From: Bacteroidales bacterium
GTDB lineage: Bacteria; Bacteroidota; Bacteroidia; Bacteroidales; JAFGUD01
Reading direction: 5' to 3'
DNA length: 64,000 nucleotides
NCBI GenBank assembly: GCA_016936595.1
Contig: JAFGXO010000059.1
Location: 15,654-79,653, forward strand
Below are positions 1-8,200 of the stretch, in pieces. Within the stretch, counting starts at the first letter, position 1, and every line of letters begins with the position of its first letter. Both the position numbers and the translations under genes were made by a program. The notes under the pieces were generated by a model. It was not told where the DNA came from. It made no database searches and worked only from the letters and a program-made list of their open reading frames with translations.

Positions 1-323
1 AGTGCTCCGGATTGAATTCGAGGAAAATAAAATTCTACATCTGTGTTATTATTTAAAATATTTATAAGCGAATCGGTAAATGGAATTGAATAATCGATGG
101 ATTGATTGTCGAGATATTCTACATCTTGAATTTGCAAATGACCCGAAAATTTAGTTACAATATTATCAATCATGTGGCTATAAGTTCCAATTTGAAACGA
201 TCGCATCAAAATGGCAAAAAATACGGCAAAGAAAATTGATGAAACAGTAATTAAAGTTCTTCGTTTATTTCGCCACAAATTACGCCAAGCAATTTTAATA
301 TTTGTAATAAATTTTGAATTCAT
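1..323 (-). CDS. FtsX-family ABC transporter permease, N-terminal part only (rest lies left of the window); paralog of 374..1831
   Basis: My translation of the minus strand from ATG (323..321) gives MNSKFITNIKIAWRNLWRNKRRTLITVSSIFFAVFFAILMRSFQIGTY..., colinear with the N-terminus of the 374..1831 product. The frame stays open to position 1. It is absent from the ORF track because no stop lies in the window. Confidence 0.7.
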   Translation of the reverse strand, partial: MNSKFITNIKIAWRNLWRNKRRTLITVSSIFFAVFFAILMRSFQIGTYSHMIDNIVTKFSGHLQIQDVEYLDNQSIDYSIPFTDSLINILNNNTDVEFYFPRIQSGA

Positions 324-373
324 TTTGTTTAAATTTAGTGTTACTTAAAAAAAACATAAGTTAATCCAATTAT

Positions 374-1831
374 TTATGATTTTAAGGAGTTTATAACATT
401 TAATTTACTAATTTTAACAATAGCGTATATCAAAATCAACAGAACAATTACAAGAACAACAGCTACTTGATCTAAAATATAAAAATCAATTGTCTGAAAT
501 TTAAGTAAAGGTTCCATGTTCATTTTAGAAAGTTGTTCGGCTGTGTTGCCATGAAGTTTATATGGATGCCTACTTCCAAGAATTAAAATAGGAGCAGTAA
601 CAATAAAAACTGAAAAAGCAGAAACGAGAGTCATAAAAATCATTTCAAGAGAGATAATAAGAGCTAATATTTTTCTACGCATTCCAAGAGCCAGCATCAT
701 ACCAAATTCTTTTTTTCTTTCAGATAAAAGCATCATAACTGTTCCCAGAATACCAAAAGAAATAACAAGGTAAAGAATAAAAATAAAAATTAAGCCCTTT
801 GAATTACCTACTTGAATTGTTTCAATAATCCCTTCGTTCAAGTTACGCCAGCCAATAACTGTAAGCATATCATTATCAAGCTTATTTTCCAAATCTGTTT
901 TTAAGGTTAATAATCTATTATAATCAGCCATTCGCATACTAACTTGATATTTAGTATTTATCGCAATAAAGTTAACGTAATAAACTGTATCATAACCATT
1001 TACTCTGTATGCAGAAAGAAATTCCTGAGCAGTAGAGATTGGCATATAAATCATATTTCGATTCATTTGATCAATTGGAAAATTAAGCAAACCTACAATT
1101 TTATACTTTCCCACAGCATTTGTTCCTTCAAACCCCTGACCAATTAAAATAATGCTATCACCTTGATTTAATTCTAAATACTGAGACAATTTGTAACCAA
1201 TAAACACATCATTTCCATATTTTTTATACCTAACTAAAGGCATTTGCATAACATCAAAAATTTGTTGCATGTTTTTAGTTGTATCAAAACCGGCTGCATC
1301 TAATTCTTTAGTTAAATCAAATTTATTGTTAAAATATTTTTCAGAAAATTGCAGTAAAATTTCAGCATTATAAACATCATAATTTCTAATAATTGAATTT
1401 ATTTTGTTACTATCAAGATAATATTTCACAACATTGTTATTCAGTCCGGTTAATTTTGTTTCAATATCATAATTAACACCCATAACCGTTCCTACTTTAG
1501 AATTAGCACCAGATGAAGCCAAAACACCAGTTTGAATTCTCGGAAAATAATATTCAATTTTATTACAACGATCAAGAATATTTGTGATTTCATCAGTAAA
1601 TGGAATAGAATAATCTACACTTGGATTATCAAAATATTCTTTATCTTGAATTTGCAAATGACCGGTATATTGAGTAACCGTATTATCTAACATTAAATTG
1701 TATGTCCCTAACTGAAAAGATTTCATCAAAATAGCGTAAAATAGAGCAAAGAAAATTGATGAAACAGTAATTAAAGTTCTGCGTTTATTTCTCCACAAAT
1801 TACGCCATGCTATTAATATTATTTCTTTCAT
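374..1831 (-). CDS. FtsX-family ABC transporter permease (LolC/E- or MacB-like)
   Basis: 485 aa. The N-terminus AWRNLWRNKRRTLITVSSI is a typical FtsX TM1. A large periplasmic domain follows, then three C-terminal TM helices. It sits in an operon with a LolA-like protein and a TetR regulator. Confidence 0.8.
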   Translation of the reverse strand: MKEIILIAWRNLWRNKRRTLITVSSIFFALFYAILMKSFQLGTYNLMLDNTVTQYTGHLQIQDKEYFDNPSVDYSIPFTDEITNILDRCNKIEYYFPRIQTGVLASSGANSKVGTVMGVNYDIETKLTGLNNNVVKYYLDSNKINSIIRNYDVYNAEILLQFSEKYFNNKFDLTKELDAAGFDTTKNMQQIFDVMQMPLVRYKKYGNDVFIGYKLSQYLELNQGDSIILIGQGFEGTNAVGKYKIVGLLNFPIDQMNRNMIYMPISTAQEFLSAYRVNGYDTVYYVNFIAINTKYQVSMRMADYNRLLTLKTDLENKLDNDMLTVIGWRNLNEGIIETIQVGNSKGLIFIFILYLVISFGILGTVMMLLSERKKEFGMMLALGMRRKILALIISLEMIFMTLVSAFSVFIVTAPILILGSRHPYKLHGNTAEQLSKMNMEPLLKFQTIDFYILDQVAVVLVIVLLILIYAIVKISKLNVINSLKS

Positions 1832-1870
1832 ATTTTTTTAGTTTGTCAAATAATTTCATTGAAAAATTAT

Positions 1871-2109
1871 CAGTTAAATCTGCGTTCTGTTTTTTTTAAT
1901 GGAACACTGATGAGACTGATGAAATCAGTATTAATAAGTTAAATCAGTTAAATCTGCGTTCTGTTTTTTAAATGGAACACTGATTAGACTTATAAAATCA
2001 GTATTAATAAGTCAAATCAGTAAAATCTGCGTTCTGTTTTTTAAATGGAACACTGATTAGACTGATAAAATCAGTATTAATAAGTCAAATCAGTAAAATC
2101 TGCGTTCTA
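1871..2109. repeat. Tandem direct repeat, 74+73+73 bp plus a 19-bp partial fourth copy
   Basis: Copies at 1871-1944, 1945-2017, 2018-2090 and partial 2091-2109. Copies 2 and 3 differ at 2 positions by my reading. Each unit carries ACTGAT-AAA-ATCAGT (6-bp stem) plus further ACTGAT/ATCAGT hexamers and GTTC...GAAC. Confidence 0.9.
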
Positions 2110-2871
2110 TTGCGGAAACTGCAAAGACATTCCTTTTCGCATATTTTGCTGAGTAAAAAAACTTGGATCAACATCAATATCAAACTTAATAACATTCATC
2201 ATAATAACAGTCTTATTATCAGGATTATCCTCCGAAATTATTTCAAATTTTGTTGGAATTTCTCTTCCATCAAAAATTTTTATATCGCTCGCAATATGCG
2301 TTTTTACTAAAAAATCATCTTCATCGTAATATTCAGTTTTAAGAATCAAATATTTATCTTTTGAAACCCAAACAATTTGTTTTCCCCAAATAATTGTTGT
2401 GCTTAACTTTGGAATAAGTTCAATTTTCCAACAATCTTTTCCGGAAATTGTTTCAGATCCCAGAATTTTTTTATCATAATCGGTAATTATTGATCCTCCA
2501 TTTAAAAGCTCATCATTGGAATAATCAGAATTCATCCAACCTTGTGACATCATTGAAGGTCCGAGTTTAACAATACGACTAATTGCAGGATTCCACATCC
2601 ACATTTCATCTTCAACCATTAAATAAGTTTGACCTTTTTCTTTAGCAGGATTTGATATTAAAACCATTGAATAATCTTTTCCGAGACTACAAAATTTGAA
2701 TGAAACCTCTCGTTGCCAACGTGGTCTAACAATCTGCATTGTCATTTCAGCGTATTGCGATGCACCTTCGCTATTTTCATAAGCTTTTTGAATTATCTGA
2801 TTTGGGTCCTGAGCAAAAATTGTAATTGCCTCTACCAAAAACAAAATTAATATTGAAATTTTAGCTCTCAT
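2107..2871 (-). CDS. Outer-membrane lipoprotein-sorting (LolA-like) protein
   Basis: ATG at 2871 gives the signal peptide MRAKISILILFLVEAITIFAQ. The body (NPAKEKGQTYLMVEDEMWMWNPAISRIVKLGPSMMSQGWMNSDYSNDE) looks like the LolA-like family that accompanies FtsX permeases. The longer track start (2907) overlaps the TetR gene. Confidence 0.6.
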   Translation of the reverse strand: MRAKISILILFLVEAITIFAQDPNQIIQKAYENSEGASQYAEMTMQIVRPRWQREVSFKFCSLGKDYSMVLISNPAKEKGQTYLMVEDEMWMWNPAISRIVKLGPSMMSQGWMNSDYSNDELLNGGSIITDYDKKILGSETISGKDCWKIELIPKLSTTIIWGKQIVWVSKDKYLILKTEYYDEDDFLVKTHIASDIKIFDGREIPTKFEIISEDNPDNKTVIMMNVIKFDIDVDPSFFTQQNMRKGMSLQFPQ

Positions 2872-2875
2872 AATA

Positions 2876-3463
2876 TTATATTTTAAATTTATTTTTATAA
2901 AAATCAATTATTTTAATTTTCATTTTTTCAATCGGAAAATCAAACGGAGCAGCAACAAATTGTATAATTGCACCTTTAAGTAAAGACGAAAAAAACAACA
3001 TTTCAGTTTCAGGATCTTCACAATTTTTATTTTTGAAAAAATTATACAGAACAACAAAAACTTGCGGAGCTAACTGAGCTGCTTCGTCGGCAAGAAATTT
3101 TTCAACATCTTTTTGCATCGACAAAGCAGAGTATAATTTCCACTGAGCGGGATTTTCTTTTACAATTTCAAAATTCTTTTCAATAAAAAAAACAAATTCT
3201 TCATCAGTTAATGATCCCTCATTATCAGGATCAAAAAAATCATACATTCCTTTTACAAAATCGTGAATTATCGTTCTCAACAACTCTTCTTTGCTCGAAA
3301 AATAATTATATAAAAGACCTTTTGATATACCTGCTGTTTTTGCAATTTTTTGTACCGAAACACTATGAAAACCTTCTTCGGCAAACAAATGCAAAGCAGT
3401 ATCTTGTATCAACTGTATTTTTTCATTTCTAATAACTTTATTTTGATCTTCTGTACGTGGCAT
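2876..3463 (-). CDS. TetR/AcrR family transcriptional regulator
   Basis: N-terminal HTH FHSVSVQKIAKTAGISKGLLYNYFSSKEEL. ATG at 3463 (MPRTEDQ...), whereas the track start at 3490 is a TTG. The stop lies 4 nt before the LolA-like start. Confidence 0.85.
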   Translation of the reverse strand: MPRTEDQNKVIRNEKIQLIQDTALHLFAEEGFHSVSVQKIAKTAGISKGLLYNYFSSKEELLRTIIHDFVKGMYDFFDPDNEGSLTDEEFVFFIEKNFEIVKENPAQWKLYSALSMQKDVEKFLADEAAQLAPQVFVVLYNFFKNKNCEDPETEMLFFSSLLKGAIIQFVAAPFDFPIEKMKIKIIDFYKNKFKI

Positions 3464-3596
3464 ATTTTTTTTGACTGAACGGTTGGTCAAAGATAACAGT
3501 TTTTATTCTTACATTCATAATTTTTATCAAGTAAATTTTAAAAATAATTAAAAAAATTTCATTAAATAGCTGATTATATGATTGTTAGACACTTAA

Positions 3597-3617
3597 TTTA
3601 TGTTTCATAAACATAAA
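3597..3617. promoter_or_regulatory. Inverted repeat TTTATGTTT-CAT-AAACATAAA, candidate TetR operator
   Basis: Perfect 9-bp arms with a 3-bp spacer, about 135 bp upstream of the TetR start in the divergent intergenic region. The AT-rich composition lowers its significance. Confidence 0.2.
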
Positions 3618-3763
3618 AAAAGTTAACTTACATCAATTTTCACAAGAGTAAAATTATAAAAAATACACTTATGAGTAATATTCTTGTTTTTAAAAAGGTC
3701 ATAACACATGTATAAATTTTTGCGTATATTCAATAAAAAGGTCAATATATGTTAACCTTTTTG

Positions 3764-3771
3764 TATATTTG
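3764..3771 (+). promoter_or_regulatory. Bacteroidota -7 box (TAnnTTTG): TATATTTG
   Basis: Exact match to the TAnnTTTG consensus, 25 nt upstream of the ATG at 3796. Confidence 0.4.
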
Positions 3772-3795
3772 CCTTAAATTTTAAAATCACAAATA

Positions 3796-4356
3796 ATGAA
3801 ATTCCAATTATTTATTATTTCAATTTTCGCACAATTAGTAATGGCTTGCGGTTCAGACGATCAACAAAATAATAACAGCACAACTTCATCAGATGCTGAT
3901 TATCTTGTAAAAATTTTTGATGGAGATGACGATTACATTGGTCAACAAACCGGTTATGCCACTCCCGACGGCGAAATTGTTATTCCTATCGGCAAATATT
4001 ATTACTGTTATACCGACAAATTTGAAACTTACGCTATTGTAATGGATGAAAACGCAACTTGTTATGCCATAGACAGAAACGAAAATGTTTTATACAATAT
4101 TTTTTGGTATGATAACGGACCGGATTATGTTTCGGAAGGACTTTTTAGAATTGTTGTTGAAGGGAAAATTGGTTACGCCGATGCAACAACCGGCGAAATT
4201 GTTATTGAACCACAATTTTCATGTGCATATCCTTTTGAAGACGGTGTTGCCGAAGTAACTTACGACTGTACCTCTGAGCAAATGGACGAACACAAAATTT
4301 GGAACAGCAACGACTGGTTTTTTATTGATAAACAAGGAAATATTGTTGAGGATTAA
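3796..4356 (+). CDS. Lipoprotein with WG-like repeats
   Basis: Lipobox LVMACGS. Repeated pattern ...EGLFRIVVEGKIGYADATTGEIVIEPQF...FEDGVAEV resembles WG/KWG repeats. Confidence 0.45.
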   Translation: MKFQLFIISIFAQLVMACGSDDQQNNNSTTSSDADYLVKIFDGDDDYIGQQTGYATPDGEIVIPIGKYYYCYTDKFETYAIVMDENATCYAIDRNENVLYNIFWYDNGPDYVSEGLFRIVVEGKIGYADATTGEIVIEPQFSCAYPFEDGVAEVTYDCTSEQMDEHKIWNSNDWFFIDKQGNIVED

Positions 4357-4408
4357 AAATCAAGAGTTATTGTTACAAAAAATCAGCATATTTATCACTC
4401 CAACAAAG

Positions 4409-4437
4409 CAGAAGTCTTTACAAGTTAGAGACTTCTG
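4409..4437. terminator. Hairpin between convergent genes
   Basis: CAGAAGTCT / AGACTTCTG form a perfect 9-bp stem around an 11-nt loop, between the stops at 4356 (+) and 4502 (-). The trailing T-tract is weak. Confidence 0.45.
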
Positions 4438-4501
4438 ATTCTTCGGATTAGTACAAAGTTAGTTGAAGTTTAAACAAACAACTCACATTCAACAGGTCAA
4501 C

Positions 4502-7033
4502 TTAATAATCCCATTTCTTTTTGTAGGCATTATAAAAACTCAGGCCAAATTTAATAGTAAAATCAGCTGTAGAAAGATTATTATCAGCAGTTACAGCATA
4601 CAAACCAAACCGAAATAATTCAGTTTTAATTCTAAATATTTTTTCTAATCCGGCAAACATTTCAAATTGATAAAAATCTTCGTGGGGAATAATCAAACTT
4701 GCACCTCCGGCAGCAATAGACAGTTTTAAATATTTAAACAAAGGAACTTTATTCAAAATACTTCCATTAAAATGATGAACATAATTAGCCTGCAAAAATT
4801 CACTATTGGTAGTAAAAATTGCCGGCAATAACTGCATTGAATTAACAGGACTGGAGAAAAAAAACTGATCAGAACCTCTGAAAAATTTATATTCTAACAA
4901 ACGTAGATTTTGGGCATTAAAAAACTTTCCGGCTTTTACCTGCCAACGACTCTCACCCATACGAGCAAGGTTAAAAATTCCGGTTGATCCGATTTCTAAG
5001 TAGTCAAAATTCACTTCACTTTTTAACAAACGGGGTATTCCTTTTCTGTATTGCAAATTAAATTCGGGCAAATCGGAGCCAATAATTATTTTTCTGTTTC
5101 CTTGTAAAATATATTTTTGTCCGGGAACATATTTTAAATCCAATCTAATTTCACTTTTAATATATTGATCAAAATCCATTGGTGTATTCAAATCTTCAAA
5201 TAAAAAATCAGACCAATTAGAAAGCTGCAAATTATTTATTGGCAACTGATTAGAATAAGCAAAACTAAGTTCAGCGTATAAACCGTTAAAGATCTCCATA
5301 CGTTGTTTTATTTCAAAAGTCTTATTGCGAACATAATTACTTCGACTAAAAACCTGCTCAATAGACGCATAATTATTTACTACATCGTAAAAATCGCCAA
5401 TTTCAACATAAGTTCTTACAAATTTTTTAGGGAAGTAAGTAACACCAAACCCTAATTTACCTTTTACATCTTTATTTTTAAAACCATAATCAACATAAAT
5501 TTTAGCCTCAGCCATAAAATCATTACTAAAAGTTTTTTGAATATCAATCGGCAATTTATGTCTGTAACCTCCTACTCCAAACGGATTTATTTGCTCCAGC
5601 AATCCGCCCACATAGAATTGAGTTCCTTTATAATGATTTTTTCGGCCAATGCCAACAAAGGGCGTCCACCAAGTAATTCTATTAAACAAACTATCTTGTT
5701 TATCCAGATATTCATCACTTAAATAATAATTTCTAACACTATCGGTTTTAGTAATAAAATTAAGTTCAGCAACCCGTAAAGCTATTGGACGATTAATAAC
5801 CCAGAACAAACTGTCTTTATCCATAGCATCAACTTCATAAGTTATAATTTCGTTGTTAAAAATTTTATTATTAACATCTTCATTTATAACGTAATCATTC
5901 CTAATAATTTTTGTATTACCAAGAATAATATTGTCTTTACCGTTTCCAATAGTGTAAATAATTTCGGTTCTAACAGGCAGGTAAATACTATCATCAAATT
6001 TTTGATAATTCTGAATAATATTAAAATTTTGATAAGTTAAAAGAGCTTGTTCGTTAATAAATAAATCAACACTAGCTAAAGCCCACGAGCTATCTTCAAT
6101 ATAGATATTACCATAAAACAAAGCACTAATATTATTTTTGGGTTCAACTTTAATTTTATTAATTTTCACATCATTTTGATAAAAAGAAGTAACAAAGGTA
6201 AAATTATAATAAAGAGCTGAATTAGAAGCAATTGGACTAACTAAAGGCTGATTACATAAATTTGGTAAATCAAGTTGATTTTTATAAAAATTAAAATCAG
6301 CACTTGTAATATTTTTATAGAATAAAAACGGATTATCGTACACGTAATAATTTGCAGAAATATCATATTCGCCATAATCCATACCAACAACTATAGCTCT
6401 ATCATAGCCAATAGGTTTTTCTTCGGTAAAGTTGTGGTAAGCTAAAATAATTTCTTTAAACTTATCAGGACGTTTAAAATATGTTTTAGCAACATATTCT
6501 ATCAAATTCATGTTTTTTTTATTCAAATAAGTTTGAAAATCCTTATCGTTAACAGTGCTATCAGAAATTTGTTCTTCATATTCATTTTCAATTGAAGTTT
6601 TCACGTACGAAGCACACTCAAAATTCTCAACACTTGTTAAATAAGTTCTTCTGTAATCACGCACATTTCTCATGATTTTTTTTGCCTTATCAACTTTATT
6701 AGCAACAATTTCAATCTCAGTAATTTGAACATCAGATTTTTGCAAATACACATCAATAATTAAATTTTGATTATTCTTAACAACAACTTCCTTTTCAAAA
6801 ATTTGATATCCAATATAATTATAAACTAAAGTGTAAGTTCCGGCACTAAGTTCAATAAAATATTTACCATTATAATCGGCTGTTACACCATAAGTTGAAT
6901 TTTTCACGTAAACAGTAGAGAACGATAAAGCTGTACTATCCGAATCCGATATTTTACCGGTTATTGTTGCACAAAATCCACTATATCCAATAAAAATAAA
7001 AAAAGCAAAGACAAAAAATTGTACTATTTTCAT
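4502..7033 (-). CDS. Carboxypeptidase-regulatory-like domain plus large beta-barrel-like protein (DUF5686-type)
   Basis: 843 aa with a signal peptide. The N-terminal TITGKISDSDSTALSFSTVYVKNSTYGVTADYNGKYFIELSAGTYTLVYNYIGYQ is a CarboxypepD_reg-like domain. The protein ends in an aromatic residue (KKKWDY), typical of outer-membrane proteins. Confidence 0.65.
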   Translation of the reverse strand: MKIVQFFVFAFFIFIGYSGFCATITGKISDSDSTALSFSTVYVKNSTYGVTADYNGKYFIELSAGTYTLVYNYIGYQIFEKEVVVKNNQNLIIDVYLQKSDVQITEIEIVANKVDKAKKIMRNVRDYRRTYLTSVENFECASYVKTSIENEYEEQISDSTVNDKDFQTYLNKKNMNLIEYVAKTYFKRPDKFKEIILAYHNFTEEKPIGYDRAIVVGMDYGEYDISANYYVYDNPFLFYKNITSADFNFYKNQLDLPNLCNQPLVSPIASNSALYYNFTFVTSFYQNDVKINKIKVEPKNNISALFYGNIYIEDSSWALASVDLFINEQALLTYQNFNIIQNYQKFDDSIYLPVRTEIIYTIGNGKDNIILGNTKIIRNDYVINEDVNNKIFNNEIITYEVDAMDKDSLFWVINRPIALRVAELNFITKTDSVRNYYLSDEYLDKQDSLFNRITWWTPFVGIGRKNHYKGTQFYVGGLLEQINPFGVGGYRHKLPIDIQKTFSNDFMAEAKIYVDYGFKNKDVKGKLGFGVTYFPKKFVRTYVEIGDFYDVVNNYASIEQVFSRSNYVRNKTFEIKQRMEIFNGLYAELSFAYSNQLPINNLQLSNWSDFLFEDLNTPMDFDQYIKSEIRLDLKYVPGQKYILQGNRKIIIGSDLPEFNLQYRKGIPRLLKSEVNFDYLEIGSTGIFNLARMGESRWQVKAGKFFNAQNLRLLEYKFFRGSDQFFFSSPVNSMQLLPAIFTTNSEFLQANYVHHFNGSILNKVPLFKYLKLSIAAGGASLIIPHEDFYQFEMFAGLEKIFRIKTELFRFGLYAVTADNNLSTADFTIKFGLSFYNAYKKKWDY

Positions 7034-7164
7034 AAAATAAAAATTTTGGGCAAAGTTAAATGAATAATTTTTAAGACGGACAATTTAAACAAACTTTACA
7101 ATTAAGCTAATAAGATGATTCATGGATTGCTTCATAGCTAAAATGTTTCAAGATTGCATTGTTT

Positions 7165-8160
7165 TCACTCCGAGCAGTTATTACAAATATCAATGTTTTT
7201 TCTGTTGTTTTGCAATTGTTTAGCAAAATTTTTGAACTTTTTATTAGATATTAAATCTGCAACGTTATTGTTATTTACATTTCCAAAAGAATATTTAGCG
7301 TCTTTATCAAAACAACACGGTAACACGTCTCCATTCCATGTAACAACAATAGAATTCCATAATCTAAAACACCTATTTTTAAGCTTCTTTTTTAAAATCC
7401 ATTTTTGATTTTCATTTTTATAACGTCTATACTTAATATTTTTAGGCAGAAGAGAGTTATTAATCTCAAAATCATATATTTGAGCCGATTTAAAACTTAA
7501 CTGATCAACATTTTGCTCCTTACAGAACAACTTCATTTCATTAATTTGATGTTCATTAGTGCTAAAAACTAAAAACTGAACTTCAACAAACGGAGTTTTA
7601 CTCTTCAATTTAATTTTTGCGTCAACTATATTTTTAATTGCATCTTTAACTTTGTTAATATTTCCACCAATTCTATAAGTTTCATAAACACTTTGAGTAG
7701 TTCCGTCCATTGAAATAATTAATTTATCCAAGCCGGATTTTACAGTTTTTTCGGCAAAATCGGGGGTTAAAAAATGTCCGTTAGTTGAAGTAGAAACAAA
7801 AATTTTCTTTTTATGAGCATATTCAATCAAACTAAAAATATTTCCCGACAAAAAAGGTTCTCCTTGAAAATACAAAAACAAATTCAATAAATATTTTGAG
7901 CTTTGATTTATAATATTTTCAAACAAATAAAAACTAATAGTTCCTTTTGAACGATTAAGAATATTTTTACCAACCGGACACTCAGGACACTTTAAATTGC
8001 ACATAGTAGTTGGTTCAACAGAAACAGAAAAAGGCATTCCCCAGCGAAATTGAGCATTAAATAAAGAAGACCAATAGAAAGAAAAAAGAACTTTTGACAA
8101 ATTAATTATCTTTGCAAGATTTATCTTTTTCAGAAATATTAAGAGTAAATTTTTAGACAT
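7165..8160 (-). CDS. Radical SAM / SPASM-type domain protein
   Basis: CNLKCPEC is the CX3CX2C motif. The C-terminal Cys-rich auxiliary cluster region reads WNGDVLPCCFDKDAKYSFGNV...DICNNC. The N-terminal stretch is hydrophobic. Confidence 0.8.
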   Translation of the reverse strand: MSKNLLLIFLKKINLAKIINLSKVLFSFYWSSLFNAQFRWGMPFSVSVEPTTMCNLKCPECPVGKNILNRSKGTISFYLFENIINQSSKYLLNLFLYFQGEPFLSGNIFSLIEYAHKKKIFVSTSTNGHFLTPDFAEKTVKSGLDKLIISMDGTTQSVYETYRIGGNINKVKDAIKNIVDAKIKLKSKTPFVEVQFLVFSTNEHQINEMKLFCKEQNVDQLSFKSAQIYDFEINNSLLPKNIKYRRYKNENQKWILKKKLKNRCFRLWNSIVVTWNGDVLPCCFDKDAKYSFGNVNNNNVADLISNKKFKNFAKQLQNNRKNIDICNNCSE

Positions 8161-8175
8161 TCAATATTTTTCATT

Positions 8176-8183
8176 TAATTTTG
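8176..8183 (+). promoter_or_regulatory. -7 box TAATTTTG upstream of dxs
   Basis: Matches TAnnTTTG, 18 nt before the ATG at 8201. Confidence 0.4.
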
Positions 8184-8200
8184 TTCAAAAATAATCAATT

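Noticed and set aside
1871-2109. Could the 73-bp repeat array be a CRISPR array?
   Set aside because: The units are directly contiguous with no unique spacers between them. The period is a single 73-74 bp unit, and there are no cas genes anywhere in the window.
2872-2907. N-terminal extension of the LolA-like ORF (track start 2907), and TTG-initiated extensions of the TetR (3490), sensor (31892), TRL-like (47063), membrane protein (45319), dtd (23407) and coiled-coil (49562) ORFs
   Set aside because: The extensions overlap the upstream gene or precede an ATG that begins a canonical signal peptide or conserved N-terminus. For 49484, a -7 box sits inside the extension. I therefore preferred the downstream ATG starts.
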